From Actinomycetes bacterium (lineage in GTDB: Bacteria > Armatimonadota > SYMT01): a DNA stretch of 64,000 nt. The stretch covers positions 6,984 to 70,983 of the forward strand of contig JANPLG010000182.1 of NCBI GenBank assembly GCA_031426395.1, given 5' to 3'. Shown here piece after piece: positions 41,104 to 49,756 of the stretch. The notes under the pieces were generated by a model, which saw only the letters and a program-made list of their open reading frames with translations, was not told where the DNA came from and did not search any database. The translations under genes and the position numbers were made by a program. The number at the start of each line of letters is the position of its first letter. Positions within the stretch are counted from its first letter, which is position 1.

Positions 41104-43023
41104 TCAGCGGGTCAAGGTGGCGTTGCGTGTGGTGGCACCGCCCGCCGTGACCACCACCTCGCCCACTTCCAGCGGGTTGTAGCCAGACTTGCTGAACTTC
41201 AGCCGGTATGTGCCGGCCGGCAGCTCACCAAGGAGGTACTCTCCACTAACGTTGGTGAAGACCGTCCGACCGGTCACGGGTCCAGCCAGGATCTCGACTT
41301 TCACCTCCGCGAGGGCATCCTCACCGGAGTTGCGCACGCGTCCGGTAATCCGCCCAAGGGACGGCTGCTCCACCGGCTGCAGGGTGACGTTCAACTCCCG
41401 CGCCTGGCCCGCGGTGAGCACAATCACCTCGGTATCAACCGAACGGTAGCCCTCGCGGGAGAAGCGGATGCGGTAGGAACCCGCCGTGAGTTCCTCGAGC
41501 GCGTAGTCGCCCTCGCCGTTGGCAAACGCCGACTTGAGCACCGGCCCCGCGATGATCGTCGCTCTGGCTTCCGCGATTCCCGCGCCCTGCGGGTTACGAA
41601 TCCGACCGAAGATCCGGCCCCGCGTCGGCTCCTCCGCGCGCAGAACGAAGTTGCGTTCCGTGACCCGGCCGGCGATCACCGTGGCTGCCGCCGTGGATGA
41701 GCGGAAGCCCGCCTTGCTGGCCGTCAGGGTGTGGCCCCCCGGCTCCAGCTCGTTAAGCTCGTAGCGGCCCTCCTCATTCGTGAGGGTTGACCGCCCTTCC
41801 TGGATGGCAACCGTGGCACCAGGGACTGCCGCCCCGCTCCCGTTGGTCACCCTGCCGACGATGCGGCCGAACTGCGAGCCTTCCGTTCGCAGGAGGAAGG
41901 AAACGGAGCGGTTCTGACCCGCCACCACCGGCGTTTCACGCGTTTGCGGAAGGTAGCCGTCCTTTGAGGCCCGGAGGGCGTAGTTTCCCGGAAGCAGCTC
42001 TTCCAGGCGGTAGCGTCCCTCGCCGTCGGTGACGGAACTTCGAATGGTTGGGCCAGCAATCACAGTAACAGTGGCACCAGCAATTGGCCGCCGGTCAGCA
42101 TCGGTGACGGTACCGGAGACGGTGCCGAAGCGAGGCTCCTCGCCGCGACGCACGGTGAAGTCGACGCGGCGCTCCTGGCCGGCTTCCACGCGGATGCCGC
42201 CCGCTTCCGCAGCCCGGTAGCCGTCTGCGGTCACCCGGAGCGAGTACAACCCTGGCACCAGGGGAGCGAGGGTGTACCTGCCCTCCGCGTCCGTGCCGAT
42301 CTCGGCGATGGTGGGACCGGCGGTGATCCTGACTGTAGCACCGGAGACTGGCTGGCCCTCGCCATTCTTGACGACACCGAAGATGGCGCCGACCGGGTCC
42401 TCACCGAGCGAATCCAGCTCCACCCGGATCTCAACGACTCTTCCGGCTCGCACTTCCAGCCCCTCCCGAATCCGGGTAGCGTGCCCCGCCGTGCTGAAGG
42501 TGAGAGCATAGACTCCAGGCCGAAGCCCGCGGAGCTCGAAACGTCCCTCCCGGCCGGAGGTCGCCCGCCCGTCCGAGGGTCCACTCAGAATCTCAATGCG
42601 CGCTCCGACAATCGCTCGGCCACCGGCTCCCCGCACGGAACCGACGATGGCACCCGTATCCGGGACCCGTTCCGGCACCAGCGCGAAGTCGACTCGCGTG
42701 GTCTCTCCCTCAGCCACGGTCAGCGGTCCCTGCTCAGCAACGCGATGGCGCGGTGCCTGCACCCGGAGGCCGTAGCCGGTGCCGGTCGGGACTTTCTCAA
42801 AGAGGTAGGTCCCATCCTCGCGCGATTGGACCGTTCGGGCGCGGTCTCCTTTGGAAAGGCGAACCGATGCGCCCGGAATCGCCTTGCCGGCGGTGTCTCG
42901 AATGGTGCCGGCCACACTGCCGGTGCCTGGCCCGCTCTCGGCGCGCGCGGGCGCGGGGGAAGCAAGGGAGATGAGGGAGAGCGCCATGAGCGCCATGGAA
43001 CGGATGAAAGAGCGTCGCATACG
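41104..43023 (-). CDS. Secreted protein composed of about 7 tandem carboxypeptidase-regulatory-like (CarboxypepD_reg/Cna-B-like) beta-sandwich domains
   Basis: Signal peptide. Repeated ~85-aa units (GxVxD..G.PIxGAxVxL…TDxEGRYxLxxLxPGxYxLxxSKxGY…). Confidence 0.7.
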   Translation of the reverse strand, partial: RMRRSFIRSMALMALSLISLASPAPARAESGPGTGSVAGTIRDTAGKAIPGASVRLSKGDRARTVQSREDGTYLFEKVPTGTGYGLRVQAPRHRVAEQGPLTVAEGETTRVDFALVPERVPDTGAIVGSVRGAGGRAIVGARIEILSGPSDGRATSGREGRFELRGLRPGVYALTFSTAGHATRIREGLEVRAGRVVEIRVELDSLGEDPVGAIFGVVKNGEGQPVSGATVRITAGPTIAEIGTDAEGRYTLAPLVPGLYSLRVTADGYRAAEAGGIRVEAGQERRVDFTVRRGEEPRFGTVSGTVTDADRRPIAGATVTVIAGPTIRSSVTDGEGRYRLEELLPGNYALRASKDGYLPQTRETPVVAGQNRSVSFLLRTEGSQFGRIVGRVTNGSGAAVPGATVAIQEGRSTLTNEEGRYELNELEPGGHTLTASKAGFRSSTAAATVIAGRVTERNFVLRAEEPTRGRIFGRIRNPQGAGIAEARATIIAGPVLKSAFANGEGDYALEELTAGSYRIRFSREGYRSVDTEVIVLTAGQARELNVTLQPVEQPSLGRITGRVRNSGEDALAEVKVEILAGPVTGRTVFTNVSGEYLLGELPAGTYRLKFSKSGYNPLEVGEVVVTAGGATTRNATLTR

Positions 43024-43281
43024 CCTAACTCCATATCGGATCAACGTAGGAAGAGGAGTCGTGCTGATTTCGTGAGCGAGCTTCTGGTTGCTCGCTAAAC
43101 CGTAGACGGTAAGACTTCTTAGGGTGTTCCGAAAACTTTGGGCTGGGGCAGCCTGCTAACGGCTCTCTTCCACGGAGGGGCGCGCAGAAGGTGGCATACC
43201 GCTGTGGCGTAAAGTTTCGTTGACGGATTGAACTTCCTCACGATAGGCTTCCACCAACGCTTTGCAGGACAAAGTAGACTT

Positions 43282-43965
43282 ATGGCCGGCATCTCCACCC
43301 ACGAAGCAGAAGAGACCCTCTCCGTCATCCGAACGTTGATGGAGCGCGGAACCCGCTACACCAACCTTTCCGGTTACGCGGGAATTGGCGTGGGCCTGGT
43401 CGCGCTGGGCGGCTGCTGGCTCCGAGCCGCGTTCAACACCCCGTTCGTGGCTACCTGGCTGGGAGTGCTGGCGGTGGCGTGCGCCGTGAGCGTCTTCTTC
43501 ACCGCCGTCATGGCCCACGCCAACGAAGAGCCGCTCTGGACGCGGCAGGCACGGACCGTAGTACTCTCCTTGCTTCCCTCGCTGGCGGCGACCCTCATCC
43601 TGACCGTGGTGCTGGCCCGCGCCGGACAGGAGGCGCTGCTCCCCGGGGTGTGGATGCTGCTCTGGGGCGTCGGCGCGCTGGCGATGAGTTTTTTCACACC
43701 GCTGGCTTTGACCTTGCTGGGCGTCTCCTTCATGGGTGCGGGCACGCTCACCCTGCTCCTCAGTCCTACCGGAAGCGCTTCTGGCACCAACGCACTCTCT
43801 ACTGACGCTCTCACCATGGGCCTCACCTTCGGCGCGATCCACCTTGTTTACGGCGGTGCGCTGATGGCTCTCAAGCAGACCCGGCGTTCACGCGCCGCCT
43901 CAGCGGGCTCCGCCGGCACAGGTTCAGGCCCCGGGAAAGGACAGGCGTACGCCACCGATGTCTAG
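43282..43965 (+). CDS. Hypothetical integral membrane protein (5-6 TM); start set at MAGISTHE
   Basis: Hydrophobic segments throughout. 8-nt overlap with the downstream wHTH regulator suggests an operon. Confidence 0.5.
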   Translation: MAGISTHEAEETLSVIRTLMERGTRYTNLSGYAGIGVGLVALGGCWLRAAFNTPFVATWLGVLAVACAVSVFFTAVMAHANEEPLWTRQARTVVLSLLPSLAATLILTVVLARAGQEALLPGVWMLLWGVGALAMSFFTPLALTLLGVSFMGAGTLTLLLSPTGSASGTNALSTDALTMGLTFGAIHLVYGGALMALKQTRRSRAASAGSAGTGSGPGKGQAYATDV

Positions 43966-44341
43966 AGTAGACACCATCGAGAAACTGGACCGGATCATCC
44001 ACGAGCGCGGACGCCTGGCGATTATGTCGCTGCTGGCGACCACGGAGTCGATGAGCTTCAAGGAGCTGAAGGAGACGCTGGGGATGACGGACGGCAACCT
44101 CAGCGTCCATATGCGCACGCTGGAGGAGATCGGCTACGTGGCCGTGGAGAAGAGCTTCGTCAACCGCAAGCCGCGCACCGACTTCAGCCTCACGCCGGAT
44201 GGTCGCCAGGCCTTCGCGGGTTACCTGGAGACCTTGGAAGAGATTGTCCGGGAGTCCCGTCCGGCCACGCAGAAGCCGGAAGAGCCGCGTCGAACGGTCG
44301 GCTCGCCTCGCCTGACGCCGGGGATGGCGGGCGCCGGTTAG
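43958..44341 (+). CDS. Winged-helix transcriptional regulator (HTH_34/PadR-ArsR-like)
   Basis: …MSFKELKETLGMTDGNLSVHMRTLEEIGYVAVEKSF… matches the LxxHLxxLEEAGYV pattern of the HTH_34 family. Confidence 0.7.
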   Translation: MSRVDTIEKLDRIIHERGRLAIMSLLATTESMSFKELKETLGMTDGNLSVHMRTLEEIGYVAVEKSFVNRKPRTDFSLTPDGRQAFAGYLETLEEIVRESRPATQKPEEPRRTVGSPRLTPGMAGAG

Positions 44342-44420
44342 CGCGACGGTCGCTCCTACGGTCAGATTTAACGTTCAACCCACTGTGGCGGCTCCGATGA
44401 GCCGCCATAATTGGAACTAG

Positions 44421-44450
44421 TTGCTTTGCTTTGCAAAGTGCTTTAAGGAG
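44421..44450 (+). promoter_or_regulatory. Element upstream of ispH: direct repeat TTGCTTTGC x2 and the 10-bp palindrome CTTTGCAAAG (44429-44438) abutting the AAGGAG RBS
   Basis: Direct read: ttgctttgctttgcaaagtgctttaaggag. The TTGCAA core is shared with the spoVR and asnS upstream elements. Confidence 0.35.
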
Positions 44451-44457
44451 TCTCGAG

Positions 44458-45330
44458 ATGCAGGTAGTACTCGCCGAGAGTTATGGGATGTGCTTCGGAG
44501 TTCGGGACGCGGTTGCGCTGGCGCTGAACTCCCCGTTCCGTACGGAGTTGACGGTTCTGGGACAACTGGTCCACAACCCGGAGGTCCTCCGTCGCCTGGA
44601 CGCGGCGGGGGTGAGGACCGCAGCCGGCATCCACGCCGGCGCCGCTACTCCGCACGTGATGATCACCGCCCACGGCGCTTCGCGACGGGCGGTGGCGGAA
44701 CTGCGCGACCGTGGCCACATAGTTCACCAGGCCACCTGCCCGTTGGTGACCCACGCGCACCGGATGCTGGACCGGCTGGTGGCGCAGGGGTTCTTCCCCG
44801 TCATCATCGGCAAGCCGGACCATGTGGAAGTCCAGGGGCTCATCGGTGACCTGGATGAGTGCGCGGTGATTGAAAGCGAGGCCGATCTCCACCTGCTGGC
44901 CGGTAAGGCACGCCTCGGCATCGTGAGCCAGACCACGCAGCCGCCGGACTTGGTCTGCGAGCTGGTCGCGGCGGTGCGGGCCTCCTACCCTGATGCGGAA
45001 GTCCGCCACCTGGACACCGCCTGCCAGCCGACCAAGGAACGGCAGGAAGCCGCGCGCCGCCTCGGATTCCAGTGCGAGGTGGTGATTGTGGTGGGCGGTC
45101 GCAACAGCAACAACACCCGTCACCTTGTCAAGACGTGCGAGGCCGGCGGCGCGCGGGCCTACCAGGTGGAATCGGCGGACGACCTCCGGTCCGAATGGCT
45201 GGCCGGTGTGAAGATGGTTGGCCTGACTGCCGGGACTTCCACCCCGGATGAGGTGATCGACGCCGTTCATAAGGCCTTACTCCAGGCCGCTGATCCTGGC
45301 GTCCGTGCCCAGCTCGCCACCTCGGCCTGA
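44458..45330 (+). CDS. ispH: 4-hydroxy-3-methylbut-2-enyl diphosphate reductase
   Basis: Three conserved Cys (CFGV..., TCPLV, TACQ) and SNNT motif. AAGGAG RBS 8 nt upstream of the chosen ATG. Confidence 0.9.
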   Translation: MQVVLAESYGMCFGVRDAVALALNSPFRTELTVLGQLVHNPEVLRRLDAAGVRTAAGIHAGAATPHVMITAHGASRRAVAELRDRGHIVHQATCPLVTHAHRMLDRLVAQGFFPVIIGKPDHVEVQGLIGDLDECAVIESEADLHLLAGKARLGIVSQTTQPPDLVCELVAAVRASYPDAEVRHLDTACQPTKERQEAARRLGFQCEVVIVVGGRNSNNTRHLVKTCEAGGARAYQVESADDLRSEWLAGVKMVGLTAGTSTPDEVIDAVHKALLQAADPGVRAQLATSA

Positions 45331-45342
45331 GGAGGAACCTCC

Positions 45343-45498
45343 ATGCGCACTGTTTTCTACCTGGCCCTCGCCTTCTGCCTTCAACCTATCGTCACCTGGA
45401 GAGTGGGTGGTGCCGCGCGTGCGGCCAGATCCCGGAAGCCGCGATTCCACAAGTCCGGCGCGGCTCGATTCCGTCGCCTGACCTCTACCCTTGAGTAG
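45343..45498 (+). CDS. Small ORF (51 aa) with a very strong RBS directly after the ispH stop: hydrophobic N-terminus, Arg/Lys-rich C-terminus
   Basis: GGAGGAACCTCC-ATG; peptide MRTVFYLALAFCLQPIVTWRVGGAARAARSRKPRFHKSGAARFRRLTSTLE. It falls below the 60-aa cut-off of the ORF track. Confidence 0.35.
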   Translation: MRTVFYLALAFCLQPIVTWRVGGAARAARSRKPRFHKSGAARFRRLTSTLE

Positions 45499-45563
45499 TC
45501 TCTTTTCGCATCAAATCGGGCACGGCGGTTTAGAACGGAACCTTCCTTGGCGATAGGCGTTCT

Positions 45564-45878
45564 ATGAGCAAAGAGAGCCTGCGTCACTGGAGACCAGGCA
45601 GCCAAAAGAACGCCATGCAATGCTGTAAGTCGGTCCCAACGCCGGTCATCCCGGCAATGCTTTCGGCCCGCCCTCACCGAGAGGGCGAGATCGCCGCCGT
45701 GGTGATCGCGCCAGTCCTGCTGGCCGCAGTCGCCGTGGCTGGCTCGGACCTGGTGCTGCTCATTGCGCTGGTTGCGGGCAGCATCGCTTGCCTGACCCTT
45801 GGTGCGGGGTTTTTCCTCGTGCTTGCCAGTCTGGCGGGTCTTGTCTTCCATATCTGGAGAAGCCAGCGGACTGCTTGA
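45564..45878 (+). CDS. Small hypothetical membrane protein (104 aa, 2 TM)
   Basis: Two long hydrophobic helices (IAAVVIAPVLLAAVAVAG…LIALVAGSIACLTLGAGFFLVLASLAGLVF). Confidence 0.35.
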   Translation: MSKESLRHWRPGSQKNAMQCCKSVPTPVIPAMLSARPHREGEIAAVVIAPVLLAAVAVAGSDLVLLIALVAGSIACLTLGAGFFLVLASLAGLVFHIWRSQRTA

Positions 45879-46012
45879 ATCGCAGACTCTGGATCCTTGT
45901 GCGGGATTCTCGAAGTCGCGGCATACCTTGGTGGATAATGGAACAGTGCTCCGGGAGCTGAAGCCCGCTTGCGCAGGCAGGCTGACCTTGCCGCTCCCCT
46001 CTGATTTGAGCA

Positions 46013-46651
46013 TTGAACCGAGGATCGATGAGCTTCGAGCTGCCGCCGCTCTCCACTGACCCAGCACCGACCGCGCCGCAAGGGGGCGAAGGCCCAAGTG
46101 CATCAGAACCAGGCGAAAGCCCTAGCGCACCCGAACCAGGGAAGCTGACGCCCGTAGCGGCCAGATCGGTTTTCAAGTCGTGGCCGCTGGCGGCGCAGAC
46201 GGCGGTCGGCTGCGGTTCGGGATGCGCGGTGCTGGCTCTGATGCAGCTGTTCCTGGTCTGGGGGGCGCTGGCCGTAACGGCCCATATCCGTCCACCCGAC
46301 GGCCTGGAAATTGATGCCGTGCATCCGAAGGTCGTGAAGGCGGGAGTGAAGTTTCCCCTCACCCTGGAGGTCAGGAACCGGGGCGGGGAGAGCTTCACCG
46401 TCCAGAACGTGATCGGACGGGCGTCACTGCTGGAAAAGCTTACCCTTTCCAACCCACGGCCCACCCCGAAGGAAGAAGCCAACCTGGCGGGCCAGGCCTC
46501 CTGGAGCTACGTGGAGAAGGTGCCGGTGGGCGGCACCTGGAAGCTCCAGTTCGACGCGAAGGCGAGCGAGCCGGGCGACATCAGCGAGCGGATGGACGTC
46601 CAGGTGAACCTTGCGCCCAACCCGGTGCGCATCCGCCTGAAAGTAGAGTAA
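46013..46651 (+). CDS. Hypothetical membrane-anchored protein (Pro/Glu-rich N-terminus, one TM, beta-rich C-terminal domain)
   Basis: 212-aa ORF with coherent composition. No motif recognised. Confidence 0.45.
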   Translation: MNRGSMSFELPPLSTDPAPTAPQGGEGPSASEPGESPSAPEPGKLTPVAARSVFKSWPLAAQTAVGCGSGCAVLALMQLFLVWGALAVTAHIRPPDGLEIDAVHPKVVKAGVKFPLTLEVRNRGGESFTVQNVIGRASLLEKLTLSNPRPTPKEEANLAGQASWSYVEKVPVGGTWKLQFDAKASEPGDISERMDVQVNLAPNPVRIRLKVE

Positions 46652-46652
46652 G

Positions 46653-46983
46653 CGGGATTTCGAATTTCGAGTTTCGGATTTCGAGTTGGGGACGGTGAGG
46701 CATCCGTTTTGTCGGGCGGATTCAATTCGCCATAGTCAGCAGCCTTGTGCTGCGTTCGATCACGGCGGCCGGCGTGTGACCCCACCGCACCCTCGCCCGC
46801 CATCCGCGATCCGCCTTCGCGCGACAGGTCAGGTGCAGAGACCAGCCGACTACCGTCATCGAACGCGGCACAAGGCCGCTGGCTATGGGCTGTGGCCGAT
46901 GACTGGCCGTATGACCTGATGAGCCTGCCTGGCAACACGGAGTCCGTCACCGTCCCCAACCCGAAACTCGAAATCCGCAATTG
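46653..46983. repeat. MITE-like element, subfamily B, full-length with about 35-bp heptamer-built terminal inverted repeats
   Basis: 5' GCGGGATTTCGAATTTCGAGTTTCGGATTTCGAGTTGGGGACGG. 3' reverse complement CAATTGCGGATTTCGAGTTTCGGGTTGGGGACGG. Internal long hairpin CCATAGTCAGCAGCCTTGTGCTGCGTTCGATCAC…CATCGAACGCGGCACAAGGCCGCTGGCTATGG. It sits exactly between the convergent stops of 46013-46651 and pyrD. Confidence 0.65.
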
Positions 46984-46988
46984 AGTGG

Positions 46989-47921
46989 TCAGTGGCCGCC
47001 GGGAGCGTTCCCGCGCGCCACACCGATGATCTCCCGCACGTCTGCAATGCCCTCGCAGCGCAGCCATTCCTCAAGGCCATCGATCACTTCCGGGATGGCG
47101 GTGGGATTGAAGAAGTTGGCCGTGCCGACCTGGACGGCGGTTGCGCCTGCCATCAGGAACTCCACGGCGTCCCGCCAGTTGGTGATCCCGCCGATGCCGA
47201 TCACCGGGATGCTCACGGCGCCCGCCACCTCGTAGACCATGCGGAGGGCCACCGGCTTCACGGCTGGCCCGCTCAGACCGCCGGTCCGGTTCCCGAGGAG
47301 CGGCCGGCGGTGGTCGATGTCGATCGCCATTCCCACCAGCGTGTTGATCAGGCAGATGGCATCCGCGCCGCCCGCCTGCGCCGCCCGCGCCAGGGCGACC
47401 ACGTCCGTGGTATTGGGGGAGAGCTTGGGGATCAGGGGCAGCCGGCAGACCGCCCGGCAGGCCGCCACCGTCTCCTCCACCGCCTGCGGCACCACGCAGA
47501 ACTCCGCCCCGCCCCGGCCCACGTTGGGGCAGGAGAGGTTAAGCTCGATGGCGGTGACGCCCTCCGCCGCTGCCAGCGCGGCGCATGTGTGGGCGTACTC
47601 CTGAATGGAGTTGGCGGAGACGTTCACGAAGATCGGGACACCCAGCTCGCGAATGCGCGGCAGTATGCCTTCCAGGAACCCCTCCAGGCCCGGATTCTGT
47701 AGTCCGATGGCGTTCAGCATCCCGCCCGGCGTCTCCGCGATCCGCTGGTAAGGATTGCCGGGACGAGGCCGTGGGGTGACCGCTTTCCCTACGAGCGCGC
47801 CCAGGCGGCGAAGGTCCCAGAAGCGCGCGTACTCCTCGCCCCAGCCGAAGCAGCCGGAAGCGGACATCACCGGGTTCTTCAAGGGAATGCCGGCAATCTC
47901 AACCGCAAGGGATGGGGTCAT
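46989..47921 (-). CDS. pyrD: Dihydroorotate dehydrogenase (class 1 catalytic subunit); start set at MTPSLAVEIAG
   Basis: FMN-binding TIM barrel with the active-site Cys (LSCPNV) and typical blocks (…NPVMSASGCFG…, …IPVIGIGGI…). Confidence 0.85.
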   Translation of the reverse strand: MTPSLAVEIAGIPLKNPVMSASGCFGWGEEYARFWDLRRLGALVGKAVTPRPRPGNPYQRIAETPGGMLNAIGLQNPGLEGFLEGILPRIRELGVPIFVNVSANSIQEYAHTCAALAAAEGVTAIELNLSCPNVGRGGAEFCVVPQAVEETVAACRAVCRLPLIPKLSPNTTDVVALARAAQAGGADAICLINTLVGMAIDIDHRRPLLGNRTGGLSGPAVKPVALRMVYEVAGAVSIPVIGIGGITNWRDAVEFLMAGATAVQVGTANFFNPTAIPEVIDGLEEWLRCEGIADVREIIGVARGNAPGGH

Positions 47922-48088
47922 CAACAAGGGCGAAGGGGCTGGATGAGGGGTCGCTGAGTGCAAGGGAAGGTCCGTGGGTCGCGCCGGGGATCAGGGCAGT
48001 TTTAGCCGGTTCTGGCCGAAGTGGCTCAGTTGTTGCTCACGCCGCCTTCGTCTCGAACCGGGTGTGGGCGCCACCTTCCGGAATCGCG

Positions 48089-49306
48089 TCACTCCGGCTC
48101 GTGATCTCTGAAGCGCCTACGAATCACCACCGCCGCCCGAAGGTGACCGAGATCCATGGTTCGACTCATCAAGCTCTTTAGGCGATGGATGAGCCGCGAG
48201 CCCCTGCCCTGGCGCTTCGGCAAGGCGAAATCACCTTCTGACTGCCCGTCTTGCACTTCGGCAACCTGGGCGGAAGGAACTGCTGGAAAGAGAAGCCGGA
48301 GAAGATCTCGCGGCCCGCTGGCACTCAGGCTTTCGATCAGCCCGTCAGGCCGATCGTAAGATGACCATTCCACTGCATAGCGGGCAAGATCCGCGATCGG
48401 AAGGCGGTGCTTCCGAATCGGAGCCGTGGCGGCGGAAGGCAGCGAGACGAGCCCTAGATGCTCCACGACACCCAGCATCACCGCCAGATCAGCCGCAGCG
48501 TTCGCCCCCTCGGCTCTAGCCCAGGCGACGTCCCAATCAAGGGTCGGATGAGCAGACAGCAGGGCCGCGACGTCCAGGTAGCTCCGCAGCGGGACCATCA
48601 GCTGATGACGGGCAGTGTGCACGGCCAGGATCAAGAGGTGGTCTTCAGCACTAGGCACCCGGAACTTTCTAGCACTACCATCCAGCGGCGCGACGGATCG
48701 CTCCAGGATTCCGGGCACGTCCATCTTGACCCCTGCTGCTGCCGGAGCGAGATCCCAGTGAAGTTCCACCAGAATGCTGTCCTTGCGAGCGAACGACCAG
48801 TGGTAATGGTTCTCAAGCAGATACTCGCGGCTATGCCCCAAGCAATCGCTCTGCCACTCATACCCAAGGCTCTCGAGCGCTTTGCAACCAGCATCCCTGT
48901 TCGAGGGGTGGACCAGAACGTCCAGGTCACCAAATCGACGCATTCCTCGGTAAGGATACTCGTGGAAAGCAAGCGCTCCACCCTTGACCACCACCGCGCG
49001 GATTCCGCACTCCTCAAGGGCTGAGCCAAGCTCCACCAGTTGGTTGAGAGCGTTGTCGGCCCGGAGTTCCCCAATGCGAGACTGCTGCCTCAAATGGCTG
49101 GAAGCCACCGGATCACATTCGAGGAATCCTGCTCGTCGGCCGTGATCGAGAAGGCTGGCGAGCCCGTGGAGCTCGATCGACGCGAAATCCGAGGGTGTCA
49201 GACCGAGTGGCTGCAACCCCGTTGAAGCTTCGGCGCGAACCACGCTGGCGAGGCGAGGCAGAACAGGTCGGAGCCGCTCCACGAGCGACTGGTCAATGGC
49301 TGGCAT
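48089..49306 (-). CDS. Nucleotidyltransferase-family protein (NTP_transf_5-like, 'uncharacterised nucleotidyltransferase'); last gene of the putative peptide-modification cluster
   Basis: 405 aa. NTase-fold motif RFGDLDVLVHPSNRD (hG[GS]…D.D). Translationally close (22 nt) to the upstream peptidase gene. Confidence 0.65.
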   Translation of the reverse strand: MPAIDQSLVERLRPVLPRLASVVRAEASTGLQPLGLTPSDFASIELHGLASLLDHGRRAGFLECDPVASSHLRQQSRIGELRADNALNQLVELGSALEECGIRAVVVKGGALAFHEYPYRGMRRFGDLDVLVHPSNRDAGCKALESLGYEWQSDCLGHSREYLLENHYHWSFARKDSILVELHWDLAPAAAGVKMDVPGILERSVAPLDGSARKFRVPSAEDHLLILAVHTARHQLMVPLRSYLDVAALLSAHPTLDWDVAWARAEGANAAADLAVMLGVVEHLGLVSLPSAATAPIRKHRLPIADLARYAVEWSSYDRPDGLIESLSASGPRDLLRLLFPAVPSAQVAEVQDGQSEGDFALPKRQGRGSRLIHRLKSLMSRTMDLGHLRAAVVIRRRFRDHEPE

Positions 49307-49328
49307 CGAATGGCGGCCCTTTCAGAGG

Positions 49329-49730
49329 TCAGGTGAGAAGGGAACGCACTCGCCTGTGAAGCGCCCACCAAGAGAAGCGCAGTCGCATCAGGATCGTCGG
49401 CTTAGCCACGTGAGAGACGACGCCCACCAGCGATTCCCACGGAAAAGGCGGGTCCGGATGCGGGTTGGCGTCCCCCTGGCAGTGGATAGTGGCAGGCTTG
49501 CCTTCTGCGTCCAGTTCAATCCGCGTGAGGCGGTGGACGATCAGGCGGGAGCCGGAGAGGTAGGCGACTGGCGCACCTTCCCTGGCCAGTTCGGGATCGC
49601 ATCGGATGGTGACGGTGCTTCCCACCGGAATGAACGGGACCATGCTGCCGGTGCTCACCGTGACCCGCATCTCGTCGCGCGTGTCCATCATCAGGCGGCA
49701 GAACGCATCAAGATGGAGTGCGGAATCCAT
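49329..49730 (-). CDS. S24/S26-like (signal-peptidase/LexA-fold) peptidase; start set at MDSALHL (the longer ORF start would overlap the kinase by 82 nt)
   Basis: TGSMVPFIPVGSTV matches the SM(x)PT(L/I) nucleophile motif. The position of the general-base Lys reads …LIVHRLTRI…, which may be a His in place of Lys. Confidence 0.5.
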   Translation of the reverse strand: MDSALHLDAFCRLMMDTRDEMRVTVSTGSMVPFIPVGSTVTIRCDPELAREGAPVAYLSGSRLIVHRLTRIELDAEGKPATIHCQGDANPHPDPPFPWESLVGVVSHVAKPTILMRLRFSWWALHRRVRSLLT

Positions 49731-49756
49731 TGTAGAAAGTAGTGGTCGACTCACCG

